Assembly (NCBI GenBank): GCA_951406725.2
Contig: OX597822.1
Span: 105,276,001-105,340,000 of the forward strand
DNA: 64,000 bases
Source: Octopus vulgaris
Taxonomy: Eukaryota
Direction of reading: 5' to 3'
Positions 13,960 to 27,012 of this stretch are shown here, in pieces (the stretch's first letter is position 1; each line of letters begins with the position of its first letter). The notes beneath the pieces are model-generated. The model searched no databases, was not told the origin of the DNA, and was given only the letters and a program-made list of their open reading frames with translations. Both the position numbers and the translations under genes were made by a program.

Positions 13960-14373
13960 CTCTCTTTACTCTTTTACTCTTTTACTTGTTTCAGTCATTT
14001 GACTGCGGCCATGCTGGAGCACCGCCTTTAATCGAGCAACTCGACCCCGGGGACTTATTCTTTTGTAAGCCCAGTACTTATCCTATCGGTCTCTTTTGCC
14101 GAACCGCTAAGTAAAGGGGACATAAACACACCAGCATCGGTTGTCAAGCAATGCTAGGGGAACACAAACACAGGCACACAAACACACATACGCATATATA
14201 TACATATATACGACGGGCTTCTTTCAGTTTCCGTCTACCAAATCCACTCACAAGGCTTTGGTCGGTCCGGGGCTATAGTAGAAGACACTTGCCCAAGGTG
14301 CCATGCAGTGGGACTGAACCCGGAACCATGTGGTTGGTAAACAAGCTACTTACCACACAGGGACTCCTGCGCC
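13960..14373 (-). mobile_element. SINE family C, full-length
   Basis: Reverse complement of 55600-56010, including the (AGTAAA)n-like tail and the ggcgcaggag head. Confidence 0.92.
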
Positions 14374-14548
14374 TATATAAATATCTCTTAACTGAAATAT
14401 GTGACAATTATTCGGTAGCTATTACATTTACAGATAAATTCCTCTATTTACATAATATCGGGGTCCTTTTTCATTCTTTCGTTATCTTACCATTTTTATC
14501 AATATATATATATACTCAACCAATTTATTGGGAGTTACATATATGGAT

Positions 14549-14658
14549 AAAAACAGATTTAAATTCGGTGGTACTCTTGAGCTTCAAGCACGATGCTATG
14601 ACGACTAGCATCACGCTTGAAACTCAAGAGTACCAACGAATTTGAATCAAGCTGTTTT
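14549..14658. repeat. Near-perfect hairpin, about 43-50 bp arms with a 7-nt loop
   Basis: gatttaaattcggtggtactcttgagcttcaagcacgatgcta-TGACGAC-tagcatcacgcttgaaactcaagagtaccaacgaatttgaatc. Confidence 0.9.
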
Positions 14659-15048
14659 GACCCATGTGTGTGTGTGTGTGTGTGACGCGGTATAAATAAT
14701 ACTCAGTAAATAGCTTTCTTTATTTTAGAGCAGATTTGTATTACAGTGGTCATTATAGGTACGTTCCTGATAGTAATATTCAGTTGATTCTATTGATCAG
14801 TTGAGAGAAATTGAACGACCTAAATTAATTAAAACTACTTTTGTCAGAGACATTTCTGGCTATAACAAAATAGAACACTGAATCTATGCACGTATGTATG
14901 TATGTATGTATGTATGTATGTATGTATGTATGTATGTATGTATGTATGTATGTATCTATGTATGTATGTATGTATGTATGTATGTATGCATGTATGTATG
15001 TATGTATGTATGTATGCATGCATGTATGTATGTATGTATGTATGTATG

Positions 15049-15435
15049 TGTGGAGACGCAATTGCCCAATGGTTAGGGCAGCGGAGTCGCGGTCGTAGGA
15101 TCGCGGTTTCGATTCCCTGACCGGGCGTTGTGAGTGTTTATTGAGCGAAAACACCTAAAAGCTCCACGAGGCTCCGGCGGTGGGTGGTGGCGAACCCTGC
15201 TGTACTCTTTCACCACGACTTTCTCTCACTCTTTCTTCCTGTTTCTGTTGTACCCGTATTTCAAAGGGCCAGCCTTGTCACACTCTCTGTCACGCTAAAT
15301 CTCCCCCGAGAACTGCGTTAAAGGTACACGTGTATGTGGAGTGCTCAGCCACTTACACGTTAATAAACGATCTGCGACGTCACTGGTGCCAAGCTAGGTG
15401 CAATCCCATGGTCATTCATGACTGAAGGGGGTCAC
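15049..15435 (+). mobile_element. tRNA-derived SINE family D, with a 3' part from family E
   Basis: tRNA-like head (cccaatggttagggcagcgg...ggtttcgattccc). Body is homologous to 63471-63766; tail tgcgacgtcactggtgccaagct...gtgcaatcccatggtcattcatgac is homologous to 53897-54090. Confidence 0.85.
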
Positions 15436-16519
15436 AATATGTATGTATGTATGTATTTGTGTGTTCGTGCATGTGAGACAATGTTTGCATTCCGGGCCAC
15501 AGCACAGTATGCATCAACTCATTAAACATTAGTCTACCTGACGCTAGATTAGAAATGATTTGTCCAAGGTGTTACGTGGAAGGATCAAATCTGGAACCTT
15601 GTGTATGCGAACAGAACGTCTTAACCACGTAGCTGAGCTCGCGCGTTCTTAAAGTAGTTAGTGATTTTCTTCTCGAAAACGAAAAAGAAAGTCTGACTCC
15701 CTAACTGCGAGTGGTTTAATGACATTAGTGAAAATTATGGGCCTACACGTTTTAAGGATTAATCTAATTAATTACCTGCTTCTGAGAACAGGTTCACAAT
15801 GCATCTATTGTAGTCCATTGTGTATGCGAGAGAGAGAGCTGCGTCATCAATGAAGAGGGCTGATTCCGTCAGTATTGTGAGTGCTGAAGATTGAGTAGCT
15901 TCTCATTACAACAATTTTCAATCGTTACACTAACGCTGAAGTGCTGTAAGATCACCCAAAGGAAAACATCAAAACAAAAGCTGTGTTGTGGCTATTGCTG
16001 TTATTGTTAAAAGTGTTGTAAACCTACAACACGAAAGTTCTCATAAATGTCGGTTAATAAGACCGACGAAACCAATGATTTACAATAACTATCATGCATA
16101 ATGAATACGTATCCTGCATTTGGTTTCATGTATTTGATAGTGTATACTTTAAAGAATCGTTGTAGATATCAGCAGTGAATAACTTTTTCGTCATTACAAA
16201 GACGTTCAATAGTTACCCGTCCTGCTTGGAAATCTGTTATATTTTAAGGTAAAATATTTAGATGAATGAATGTAACACTGCCTACAGCTGTCATTAATTA
16301 ACTTATACTCTTATACAGTTTGTTATGTGTTGAAGATAGCATTACAACGGTTAACTATACCTATGATGATGTAATTTTTGATTAAGTTTCGACATTTTGT
16401 CATAAATATTTTCCAACTGCACGAGTCTCACGTTTCAAAGACACGCAGTTTTGAGTAACCTTACATCAATGTGTCGAGATCATGCCTAGGTTAACTCAGT
16501 GTATGTGTGTGTGAGTGTT

Positions 16520-16568
<49 letters not shown>

Positions 16569-16569
<1 letters not shown>

Positions 16570-16960
16570 TAGCAGTATCGTCCGGCGTTGCTGTGGTTTG
16601 TAAGGGAAATAAATATATAAGCATTTTTAGAGATGTAAAGTATAATAGCCATCTCAATATGGCTAACCACAAAGGGGGGGATGTTACCGTAGTTTTTACG
16701 TTCTGAGATTTAATAATAAATTTTTAGAGAGTTACTTCCCTTATATATGCCAAAAATGCATTAAAAATGGGAAAAATTGATGATAAATTGATGGTAAAAT
16801 CGTAGACTAATCGCAGACGCGCGCTAATACCCAGCAGGGCTCGATATGAATCACGACTGTAAAATACCCGGTTTTGGTTAAACTGCACCGCAAAATGTGG
16901 GAGTAGTTAGGAATCTAAATCGTAGGAGACAGAAAGCACACAACCTTACTTTTATATATA
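16569..16960 (-). mobile_element. Non-autonomous Helitron-like element inserted in (TA)n
   Basis: Minus-strand 3' end CTAG (16569-16572) preceded by a GC-rich hairpin (tccggcgttgctgtgg); the 5' end merges into TATATATAAAAG. No TIR or TSD. Confidence 0.75.
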
Positions 16961-17074
16961 TATATATATGCATACAGTTTGTGTTGAAAGATTCCTGATG
17001 TGAAATAGTGTGTTGAAACCTATATTGCTTTATTTCTGGATTATAAATTTTTTGCCATATAAACACACGAAATA

Positions 17075-17340
17075 TATAATTTTTTCTTCACTCGTTCAGT
17101 ATTACTCCTATTCTATTATTTAAACTCATATCCATTAGAAGAACAGACTGGAGTAAGTGGAGCAAGAACACACTCGAAAACGAAAAGTGTCGCCGAGGAG
17201 GTCACAGATGTGTGACGAAAGTTTTCCGGACAATAGGCAGTAAAATAAAAACAGTAATAAACGAGTGAAGAAAAAATTTAGTGCGTGTGTTTATTTGGAA
17301 AAGAAAAAAGAAAAATGACCATCCTGAAATACAAGAATAT
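17075..17340 (+). mobile_element. Penelope-type terminal repeat relic with hammerhead motif (same family as 60540-60960)
   Basis: gtgtcg-CCGAGGA-g-gtcac-agatgt-gtgac-GAAA-gttttc-cggaca at 17187-17232; flanks homologous to 60730-60960. Confidence 0.7.
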
Positions 17341-17439
17341 ATATATATATATATAGTTATATATATATATATACACATATATAGTTATATATATGTGTGT
17401 GTATGTGTACATATATATATATGTATGTGTGTGTATGTG

Positions 17440-17659
17440 TATATTTATTGTTTCTGTGTGTCTGTGTTTGGCCCACCACCATCGATTGGCAACCGATGTT
17501 GGTGTGTTTACGCCCCTGTAACATGGTGGTCCGGCAAAAGAGACCGATAGAATATGCACTAGGCTAACAAAGAATAAGTCCTGGGGTTGATTTCTTCGAC
17601 CTCTTAAGGTGATGCTCCAGCATGGCCTCAGTCATATGACTGAAACAAGTAAAGAACGA

Positions 17660-17660
<1 letters not shown>
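17440..17660 (+). mobile_element. SINE family C, 3' half
   Basis: gtgtctgtgtttggcccacc...aagagaccgatagaat...tgctccagcatggcc...gactgaaacaagtaaag. Confidence 0.85.
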
Positions 17661-17713
<53 letters not shown>

Positions 17714-18159
17714 GTCTTGCAAGCAGTTTAATGTGTGTATTCTTCGTTGTCGTAAATAGAACGCTATGATTGTAGTTCAACACCAATATCATCAACAACA
17801 TGAACACCAACAATAATAAACAACAGCAACAACAGTTCCAGTCGCACGGAAATTGGCAATTCCGAAGTGAAACAGTTTTTCTCTATTTGGCCACAATTTG
17901 TGGAACGTGAGCCTTCTTTTTATGTTATTTTCCGTGTTTGGTAAATATTTTGATGCTAGAAATAGATATATCGTTTCTCTTTTAGAATGCATCCTTATCA
18001 TATTACATGCCATTGGAAACGAACTTCAAGATTTATTTTAATCCCTAGATTATCAGAAATGTGGTATATCGTTTTCTGTTTGGGATTTCAATGTCGACTT
18101 TTCATAACAATGTGTTCCGATTAGAGTGATGGTGGCGATGATGATGATGATGACGACGT

Positions 18160-18201
<42 letters not shown>

Positions 18202-18401
18202 CGGCGATGATGATGTGTTTACCGCCTTAGTTGTTGCTGAGTGGCCCCAGGTCGAAACTGATTGATTGCATTTATGATGAAATGCTTTCCTATTGTGTTC
18301 TTCTTATCTTTTCCTAGGATTTTTGCGTGTGTGAACGTGTGTGTGTCTATACATATATACCCATGTCTGTTTCTCTATCTCACTCTTTTTCTCTCTCTCC
18401 C

Positions 18402-18435
<34 letters not shown>

Positions 18436-19123
18436 GATCTATCTAAAGCTTTCTGTATCTATGTATCTGTATGTATGTATGTATGTATGTATGTATGTAT
18501 GTATGTATGTATGTATGTATGTATGTATGTATCTGTATGTATGTATGTATGTATGTATATATGTGTGTATGTATGTATATATATGTATAAATGTGTGTGG
18601 GTATGCGTACGTAGACGATGAAGCTAGTCAACGAATTCTTCGAATCTCCAGACAGTATGATGTAATTTCTGGAAACATTTCGCTGCGATTTATGCCAGGC
18701 CAAGTTGCCAAACACTGACTGTCTCTCACATCAGTTGCACGGTTGGTTCCTAACTTTGCCGTTTCCGCTTAGTTTATTCCTTTAAGATATACATTGACTT
18801 ATTTCGCTATCTGTTGTCTGTATTTTACCATGACAAAATTATCCACTTACTGTATTATATCACAACTCCCGATACGCAAATTGTATACGGAATTTGTGTA
18901 AATAGTAATTCATTTCAGCAATTGGTTTACTGCTTTGCATACTTTTTGTAAAATTTATGTAATTCTCTATGTGTGTATAAAAATATTCCTTGGGGAAGAA
19001 GGGCCATTATTGAAGACAGGTGACAGGATATATTCAGTAGATCTGAGTATTGATGGATGATGTGGGGCGGAGGGAGGTTTAAAGTGTTAGAGAAGATTAT
19101 TGTTAATGGATATATATGTATAG

Positions 19124-19181
<58 letters not shown>

Positions 19182-19197
19182 TTATATATATATGTGA

Positions 19198-19246
<49 letters not shown>

Positions 19247-19270
19247 CACACACATATATGTATATGTATG

Positions 19271-19997
19271 GATGAGGTGGTATCAAAAGTTCCCGCACTA
19301 CTTCTGTAGCCCGCCAAAAGATGGCAGCATTGGACAAGAAGGTACAACAAAGAGTCAACGTGAAATTTTGAGCTAAACTTAGGAAGTCAGCGACACAGAC
19401 ACTGAGCAGGCTTCGGCAATATTATGGCGATGAGGGAATGGGCCGTACAGCGATGAGCTACCTGGAATATGATGAGCAATATGGAAGACTTACCATGAGC
19501 GTCACACACTGAAATGTGGAAAAAAATCAGCAGCTTCAGCATGAGGATCGTCAGAGGACAACCAACGACATTGTTGGTGTTTTTGCTCTTTTGTATGGCT
19601 CCATACAGGCAATGCTTACGTCTGAATTGAACATGCGGCGTCACCGAACACTCTTCACTCGTGAATTTCTCGTTATAAACAACGTGGTATTGCTTTTACA
19701 CCCGGCATATTCGCCAGATTTAGCACTTGCAGACTTCTGTCTCTCCCCCAAGATGAAAATGTAGATAAATGGTCACCGTTTAAACAAAGCTGCCGAGGCC
19801 AACAGGGAATCGCAGAAGGTCCTCGACTCGCTCCGGAAAACGAGTTCCAGGCCGGATTCCCAAAGTGGCAGGAACTATAGGAACGGTGTACCGCTGCGCA
19901 AGACGACTATCCCGAGGGAGGTGTTAAAACGTAAGTAAAGAAGCTATTTTTTTAATTAAATATAGCTAGTTCGTGAACCTTTTGATACCACCTTCTA
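19271..19997 (+). mobile_element. Internally deleted mariner element with TIRs
   Basis: Left TIR GAGGTGGTATCAAAAGTTCCCGCACTA; right TIR (reverse complement) AAGGTGGTATCAAAAGGTTCACGAACTA. Relic peptides QRVNVKF...KLRKSATQT and LLLHPAYSPDLALADFCLSPKMK (YSPDLAP motif). Confidence 0.92.
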
Positions 19998-20144
19998 TAA
20001 GTATGTATATACATATATATATTTCTCTATATATGTATATATATGTATGTATGTATGTATATATATATGTATATATATACATATATATATACGTATTCAT
20101 ATATAGATAGGTAGGTAGATAGATAGCTAGACAGACAGACAGAC

Positions 20145-20212
<68 letters not shown>

Positions 20213-22204
20213 GTATATGTATATATGTGTATATATTCACACATAGTCAATAGGACAATCAGGGTACGCCAATGCGTAACAGGGGCAAAATAAAATAAAA
20301 AAGAAATTGATGAAAATGCTATTTTGCTGTTTTTTGTAGTTTAGTATAGAAAGTTTTTCACTTGATGTAAACAAATTTAATTCTTGATCAAAATGCACAT
20401 AAATTAGCATTTTAATTAGGGTGTCAAATTATACAAAAATTCATAACATATTGAAAAAAACTCATAAAAAGAGAGAAATTGTTTTTCTTCTTAAATTGCT
20501 TGTGAATGTTCCTGATAAATACCCCTTTCATTCGCCATTAGTGCATAACCATAATGTATTATGAAATTTGAATCAATCTCATATTTTACTTAATCAAAAT
20601 AGACGCTCAAATTTGAAGACATTATTTTTAATTGATATTAAACCAATTTCATATATTTTATATTTTACTTTTGCAAAAGAGTTAAGAGTTGAAACTTTCA
20701 GGAATTAATAAAATATATATGTTAGCCATTATTAAGATGTTTTATGAAATTAGGGCGGACATCTTGGAAGATATGGTATTTTTCATCAAAAATTTCTGTT
20801 AAGAGTTTGGCCTTAAGTATTCATATCTGTGCGCATAGTATAAACAACTTTGGTTCCATTCAGGAGTTGATTTGAGTAAACATGCTTGCCCTTTCCTTAC
20901 ATTATTTGTAATTGCCATTCTCTGTGCTGGTGATAAGTTCATAATTTGGCAATCTTTTTCCTAACAAATTTCCTTTGCTTCTTTCTGCTTTGCTCCATGA
21001 CTAACCACTCTCTGTTTGTTTATGATCATCTTCTTGTGAAAACCATGTCGTTCTTTGAACTTAGCTTGATATCGACCATTTTGCTCCCAATTCTTCGCTT
21101 TCTATGCTTCATTCCTGATGTCTTCCTTTGTTACTCTACCTCTCCTTTTCATGGCATCCTTTTTCTCTGCATCCCTTTTCTCTGCGTATCTTGTTCTTTA
21201 CTTTTGTAATATTTCTTCTTCGTTTGATAATTTATCTTGTTTTGAGCTGCTCTTTTCTCCTTTTTTAATTTCTTGTAATATGCAAACCTTTCAAAAACTC
21301 TGTGTAAGAATCTCCGTTGTAAAAGGAAATTATGAATATATTGTTAGTAAGAATCTTTAGTACTTATAATTCAATATCAAATGGACATATTTGAAATAAT
21401 TTTTGGACTCACATAATTCAATATATAATAAATAATGCTGAAATTACTTCTATTCAAACGTTCACCTTCATCAGAAAATAATAACATGATCTTGATGGAG
21501 CGGAAAGCGGACATTAGGTCGGTCTTTTTTCATTCTCAGGAATATATAAACATATAGTAATTTAAGTTCTCATTGCTCAAACTTGCTAAACTTTTCATAC
21601 AAAGATGAATCACTACATACGTACAATTCATGCTTAAAATAAACGAAGGATATTGAATAAGAGAAACAATTTTTTTTTTTTTTACCTTGACAAATAATTA
21701 TGTATGTCAACGGAAATGCTGGAAAAACAGCATTTGGAGAGGGCTGAAAACACAAAACTACTTGAACGTGTATTGGCAAACAGCATACCACACTGCACTA
21801 CTGCTTTCACTTTCAGGAAAAGTAGAGAAAAAAATAACACTTTCCCCATGTATGGCCATACAGCATGGATTAAAAGGTCACAGGGTCGCCTAAATGAGCC
21901 AGCATTACTCTCCTATCATAAACATGACGTCTGGCCGCATTAACTTCTCGAGTAGAGAGGACCAGTTTTTTCTTGCACAACAGGGATGCCAGGGAGAAAG
22001 ACATTAATTTGATACAAAACACATAGGGGCAGTCTTGAAATTCATATCTCAAATCCTGATTTTACTTAAGTCACAAAAACGCTTACTCTAATGCAATACA
22101 TGGATTTTGGGGGACTTTCTGGCAAAAGTCAGTTGGTGCATTCTTTAAGAAGTTATAACTGTTTAAATTGAATAAAAAACATGATTGTGCTATATATAAC
22201 ATAA

Positions 22205-22264
<60 letters not shown>

Positions 22265-22279
22265 CCATATTGATTCGCT

Positions 22280-22472
22280 AGCTTCTGCACGCATTTTTTT
22301 CTCTCCTTGTTTCTCTCCGTGTTTCTTTTCTGTGTATCTTTCTGTTGAAGAGCGTAGGTTTGAAACGTAAAAGACTTGTTTTATTTATATTCCTAAGCGC
22401 CATACTAATACAATTGTTTGTTTGTACTCCACCTGCCTTCGTCTTTTGTTTATTTTCATAAAGCTTCCCGTT
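22280..22472 (+). mobile_element. (TA)n-associated Penelope-like terminal relic with a degenerate minimal hammerhead
   Basis: Homologous to 2396-2579; tcttt-CTGTTGA-agagc-gtag-gttt-GAAAC-GTA-aaaga at 22337-22374; ends in (TA)n. Confidence 0.7.
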
Positions 22473-23488
22473 ATATATATATATATAATATAACATATAT
22501 ATACACATATATATATATTCATATTTATATAATATATACTATACATATGTGTGTGTATATAAATATTAAATGAAAGGAAATATATCTAAGAGCAATAATT
22601 GTCTTTAGGAATCTCTAAAAGTTACGTCTTTGTGTTGTCGTTTATCTAACATCATCCAATTGAAGATGATTGTGTTATCACTGAATGCTCGTTACTCTTG
22701 ATGTTGTTGTTGTAAAGCCCTAGGTCCAACTTGTGCAAGGAGGACTATGATAGTCGGCTAAACAACAAGTTAGGATAGGACATATTATCCGTAGTCTGTA
22801 TTAGTTTAGAAACCAATGCTGCTTTTACACCAGATAGACGTGGGAACTAAATCTCCTTTAAATCTCCCTCTAACTTCACTTTTCTCTTACAAATGCATTA
22901 GTATACTGGATAATACTATTAAACCATGGTTAAAAGATACTCTAACTAAAGACTGAACTGTAGTAGCGATAACATCAGCTGGATTCTAATGTTTCGCCAT
23001 AGAGACCAGCTTCAAGGATGGATTGATCCATATTTCCATATAGCATTAGCAATTAATGAATTCTACCAATTCTCCGGGTAAATAAAACAAGAGAGACACC
23101 TTTATCAGAAATTGGGATTAAAAACCACATCATAAGCTGGGCATGCCGACTATGTCCTTACCACCGTGACACAATACCTGGTATACTATAAAACTAATTT
23201 TTCATAAACGTATAATATAAGAATACAGGACTCCACTATATACAATGTACAATAATCATTATGTAAGTTCTAGGATTTCATAAAAGTATTGTAAAAATTC
23301 AAATACAGGGAAAACAAGATGAAAATGCCTCCTAAACAAAGATTACGATTAGGTTGCTTTTTCTAAACATCTGACGTGCATATAAGTTACCCAGTAAGAC
23401 TGTTTTCATAAAAAAGGCTTTGAAGAAAAACTCAGGAAAACTCAAACTGTAGTTGAAAAAACAAAAGAGAAATTAATGTATACATGAA

Positions 23489-23992
23489 CAGGCGTGGCTG
23501 TGTGATAACAAGTTTCACTCCCAAACACATGGTTCTGGATTCAGTCTCAGTGCGTGGTAGCTTGGACTCGATATTTCTGGCCTTGTGCCAAAATTTGGAA
23601 CCAATATTATACTAGGCGCAGGAGCGGCTGTGTGGTAAGAAGCTTGCTTACCAACCACATGGTTCAAGGTTCAGCGTGGCACCTTGGGCAAATATCTTCT
23701 ATAACCACGGGCGGACCAAAGCCTTGTGAGAGGATTTGGTAGACGGAAACTGAAACAAGCCCGTATATATTTATGTGTATCCCTGTGTCTGCGTTTATCT
23801 CCCATTACCGCTTGACAATTGGTGTTGGTGTGTTTGCGTCCCCGTAACTGAACGGTTCAGGAAAAAGAGACTGATAAAATAAGTACTAGTCTTAAAACAA
23901 TAAGTCCTGGGATCGATTTCTTCGACTAAAACCCCTCAAGGTGGTGCTCTACCATGGCCGCAGTCAAATGACTAAGACAAGTAAAAGAGTAA
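23489..23992 (+). mobile_element. SINE family C (partial head followed by a full copy)
   Basis: ggcgcaggagcggctgtgtggtaagaagcttgc...ccttgggcaa...ggccgcagtcaaatgactaagacaagtaaaagagtaaa. Confidence 0.88.
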
Positions 23993-24863
23993 ACAAATAT
24001 ACCTTTTCATATACTAAAACAAAATAACAGAATCGGTTGAAATTACATAAAAGTGGATTTAACACATTGATGAATATACACGTAACTCTGCATTATATTT
24101 CTGTCGTGGTTATCCACTGTCAATATGCTAGTTAAGACAAGTTTAGCTCCAATAGTAATAAATCAGTTTGTCGAATGTAGCCAGATTATAAATAAGTAAC
24201 CACAGTTATAAATATGATTGACAAGGTGAAATCCAATTGCTTTTATTATATGTATTCACTGCAAAATTAGTTAAGGTTATTGTAATCAAGTTGGTTCTAT
24301 TCAATAGGAAAACTTTAACATGCCATGTGCCAATGCTTTCCATTATAAATAACCTTAATATAGAGTTGTAGGCAGTGATTACAGCATTCCAAATCTTCGT
24401 TTATAATTGGAAATAGTTTATTTACAAAGTACATGTTATTTTTAGTCAATGCTCTCCGACCGATCAATTTCTAACACCTATATATATTATTGACTCGTAT
24501 AAGCCCTATTCATAATACTTACACATCATAATACCCTCCTCTATTTAATGAACCAGCTCGTGGTTTAATTCCGACCTCTTATTATATGAAAATATGACGT
24601 CTGCTGACGGCGGAATGCCAAGTTGAATAAAAGAGAAAACCACGTTCTCACATTTTATATTGATTTTTTTTTTCAACATCAGATCGATAAACATGTCTTC
24701 TAGCTTTCATCGCTGCTTTCTAGATTCTTACTTCTCTCATTTTCTGTGTCTATTATACATCTATACATATATCTATCGATCGATTGAACCATCTACATAT
24801 GTAACAATGTATCGATTACCATATGTGTGTGTTTGTGCTTGCGTGCATACATATACACATACA

Positions 24864-24916
<53 letters not shown>

Positions 24917-24928
24917 ATATATATACAT

Positions 24929-24982
<54 letters not shown>

Positions 24983-24984
24983 GT

Positions 24985-25023
<39 letters not shown>

Positions 25024-26814
25024 TTGTATGTATATATATATATACATACAAATACACATATGCACACATTTATACAAGTACACACACAAACACATAAGTC
25101 TTTATTCAAATATGTAAGTTCTCATTATCTCACGTTCCCAAATTGCAACTGTTGTATCTAACTGTTACTTGCTAAAATACTGTTTAAATGTTATTTATAG
25201 GACGATAAAACAATTCAAGCAAACGGCTATTAATATCAACAATTATTTTAAAGGCACACACTTCTCACAGCATCCGTCTCTACATGATCGATGAGTTGTG
25301 CAAAGCATGCGATATGAAAGCGAGAACTTTCAGCAATGCCGAACACACTTCTGATAAGATCATTTCACTGAACAGTAAAGAACGTTTATTAGAAATTAAT
25401 GGAGTCAATAATAGCTGCTAAGAGAAAGCGAAAGTGAAACTGTAAGATCAGAGTCGTGTACCTCTTTTATTTCTTCTTTATAGTGTTAACCGATGAATTG
25501 CGCCCATGAACGGGTCAAACGTATAACCTTTCAAGGCTTTAAACTGCTTACGATCATCTTCTTTGTCTTCTGTTGTCATTTATATTACTTCTTTATTCGA
25601 TCCGGTATGTGTGTGCGCGTTCTTTTTTTGATGTTCTTTGTTTCATTTTAATCTTTCTATCAGCTAAATGTTTGTACACAAAAGCAGCCGTTCAACCTAC
25701 AAGTTCAAACTTATTCTCGTTCATACATTACAAGCTTCTCAACTTCATAAGTTATTTCAAACACTTTTGTGGCATTATCTCATGAGAAGAAAACAAAAAA
25801 GAAAATATTCCTTCTTCCAAACAATAAAACTATCAACTGATTATAATAATTCTCTTTATTATAATATGCAGCTGTGAAATGTTGATCGAAGTTGCTTTAA
25901 GTTTATGTACTGTAACGTTATAATAGAAACTTTCCTAGTCATTATGTTATTACCAGAATATTTAGCAAACAATATTGAATTGTTTCAAGCTGGAAAGTGC
26001 CGGTCACTGGTTCATTTAATGTTAAGCATAGAAGTTAACATGGGAGTGTGAGTTCTAATCGTGCGCAATACACATCCCACGGTTCTTTTGTTCGAAAGCA
26101 GCGATTTGCAGATACGTCATTCAACGATATAGTATACAATTTCTATCTGCCAAATTTCACACGCACGCACTGCATGGTTGAGGTAGAAAAGGTCATGATA
26201 CGAAACACTTATAGAAGTCGCTGCACATTGAAAACAAAAGCATGAACAATGGGTTTAGGGTGTTTGTCCTTCCTAAAACTCACAGCTAAATTTACAATCA
26301 TGTTTAACATAGAAATAATTTCCAGCTTACTTGAATTGCTACATCATGCATGGAATAATCTTATGAACCAAACTATCACTACCATATATGTACTTTGCTA
26401 ACGAGGGACTTTCAAAGTGGTTTCTGAAACTGTATCAAACATCAGTAGATAGCAAAAAGCAATTCAACCTTATTTTTTCGTTTCTTCACATTGGTACATT
26501 AAAGTGCGCCTCAGCATCAGCGTTAGATGATGCCGATCTCATCTATTTATCTTAGAGAGAGTCTTTTATGTGGTTGCTCGTCCTGCGAAATATAACTGCA
26601 AAAACATTCATCGAACTATATACTGCCGTCTAAATAATAGATTACAGACCACGTGTTTGTAGAGTGCAGGGTTGTTAAAATACCTCCTGCGTCAGTTATG
26701 AGTGCATATGGTGTGGCAACATGTACCGTGCTTTCACTAACTATTTTAAATGTCCAGGAAGTTGCAAAGAAAGACAGCCCCTTCATACTTGAACCACTAG
26801 CACACAGTATGGCA

Positions 26815-27010
26815 GAGAAATAAAACAAAAACGACGGAGGCGTTAGAAGGCATCATTTCGCAAGAGTTTCATCACTGCTTCCAACCAACATTGGAAAACG
26901 TATCTAAACCGATGCTTTGCCTCAAATGGAGAATTCTTTGAAGGCGACAAATATGTAAACATATAAAACTAAGTGAATAAAATAATATTGCAAAATTGCG
27001 GTTTCTTACA
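26815..27010 (+). mobile_element. Mariner transposase 3' fragment
   Basis: Translates to TTEALEGIISQEFHHCFQ / WKTYLNRCFASNGEFFEGD, matching the mariner C-terminal C..S.GEYFEGD motif. Confidence 0.75.
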
Positions 27011-27012
27011 TA

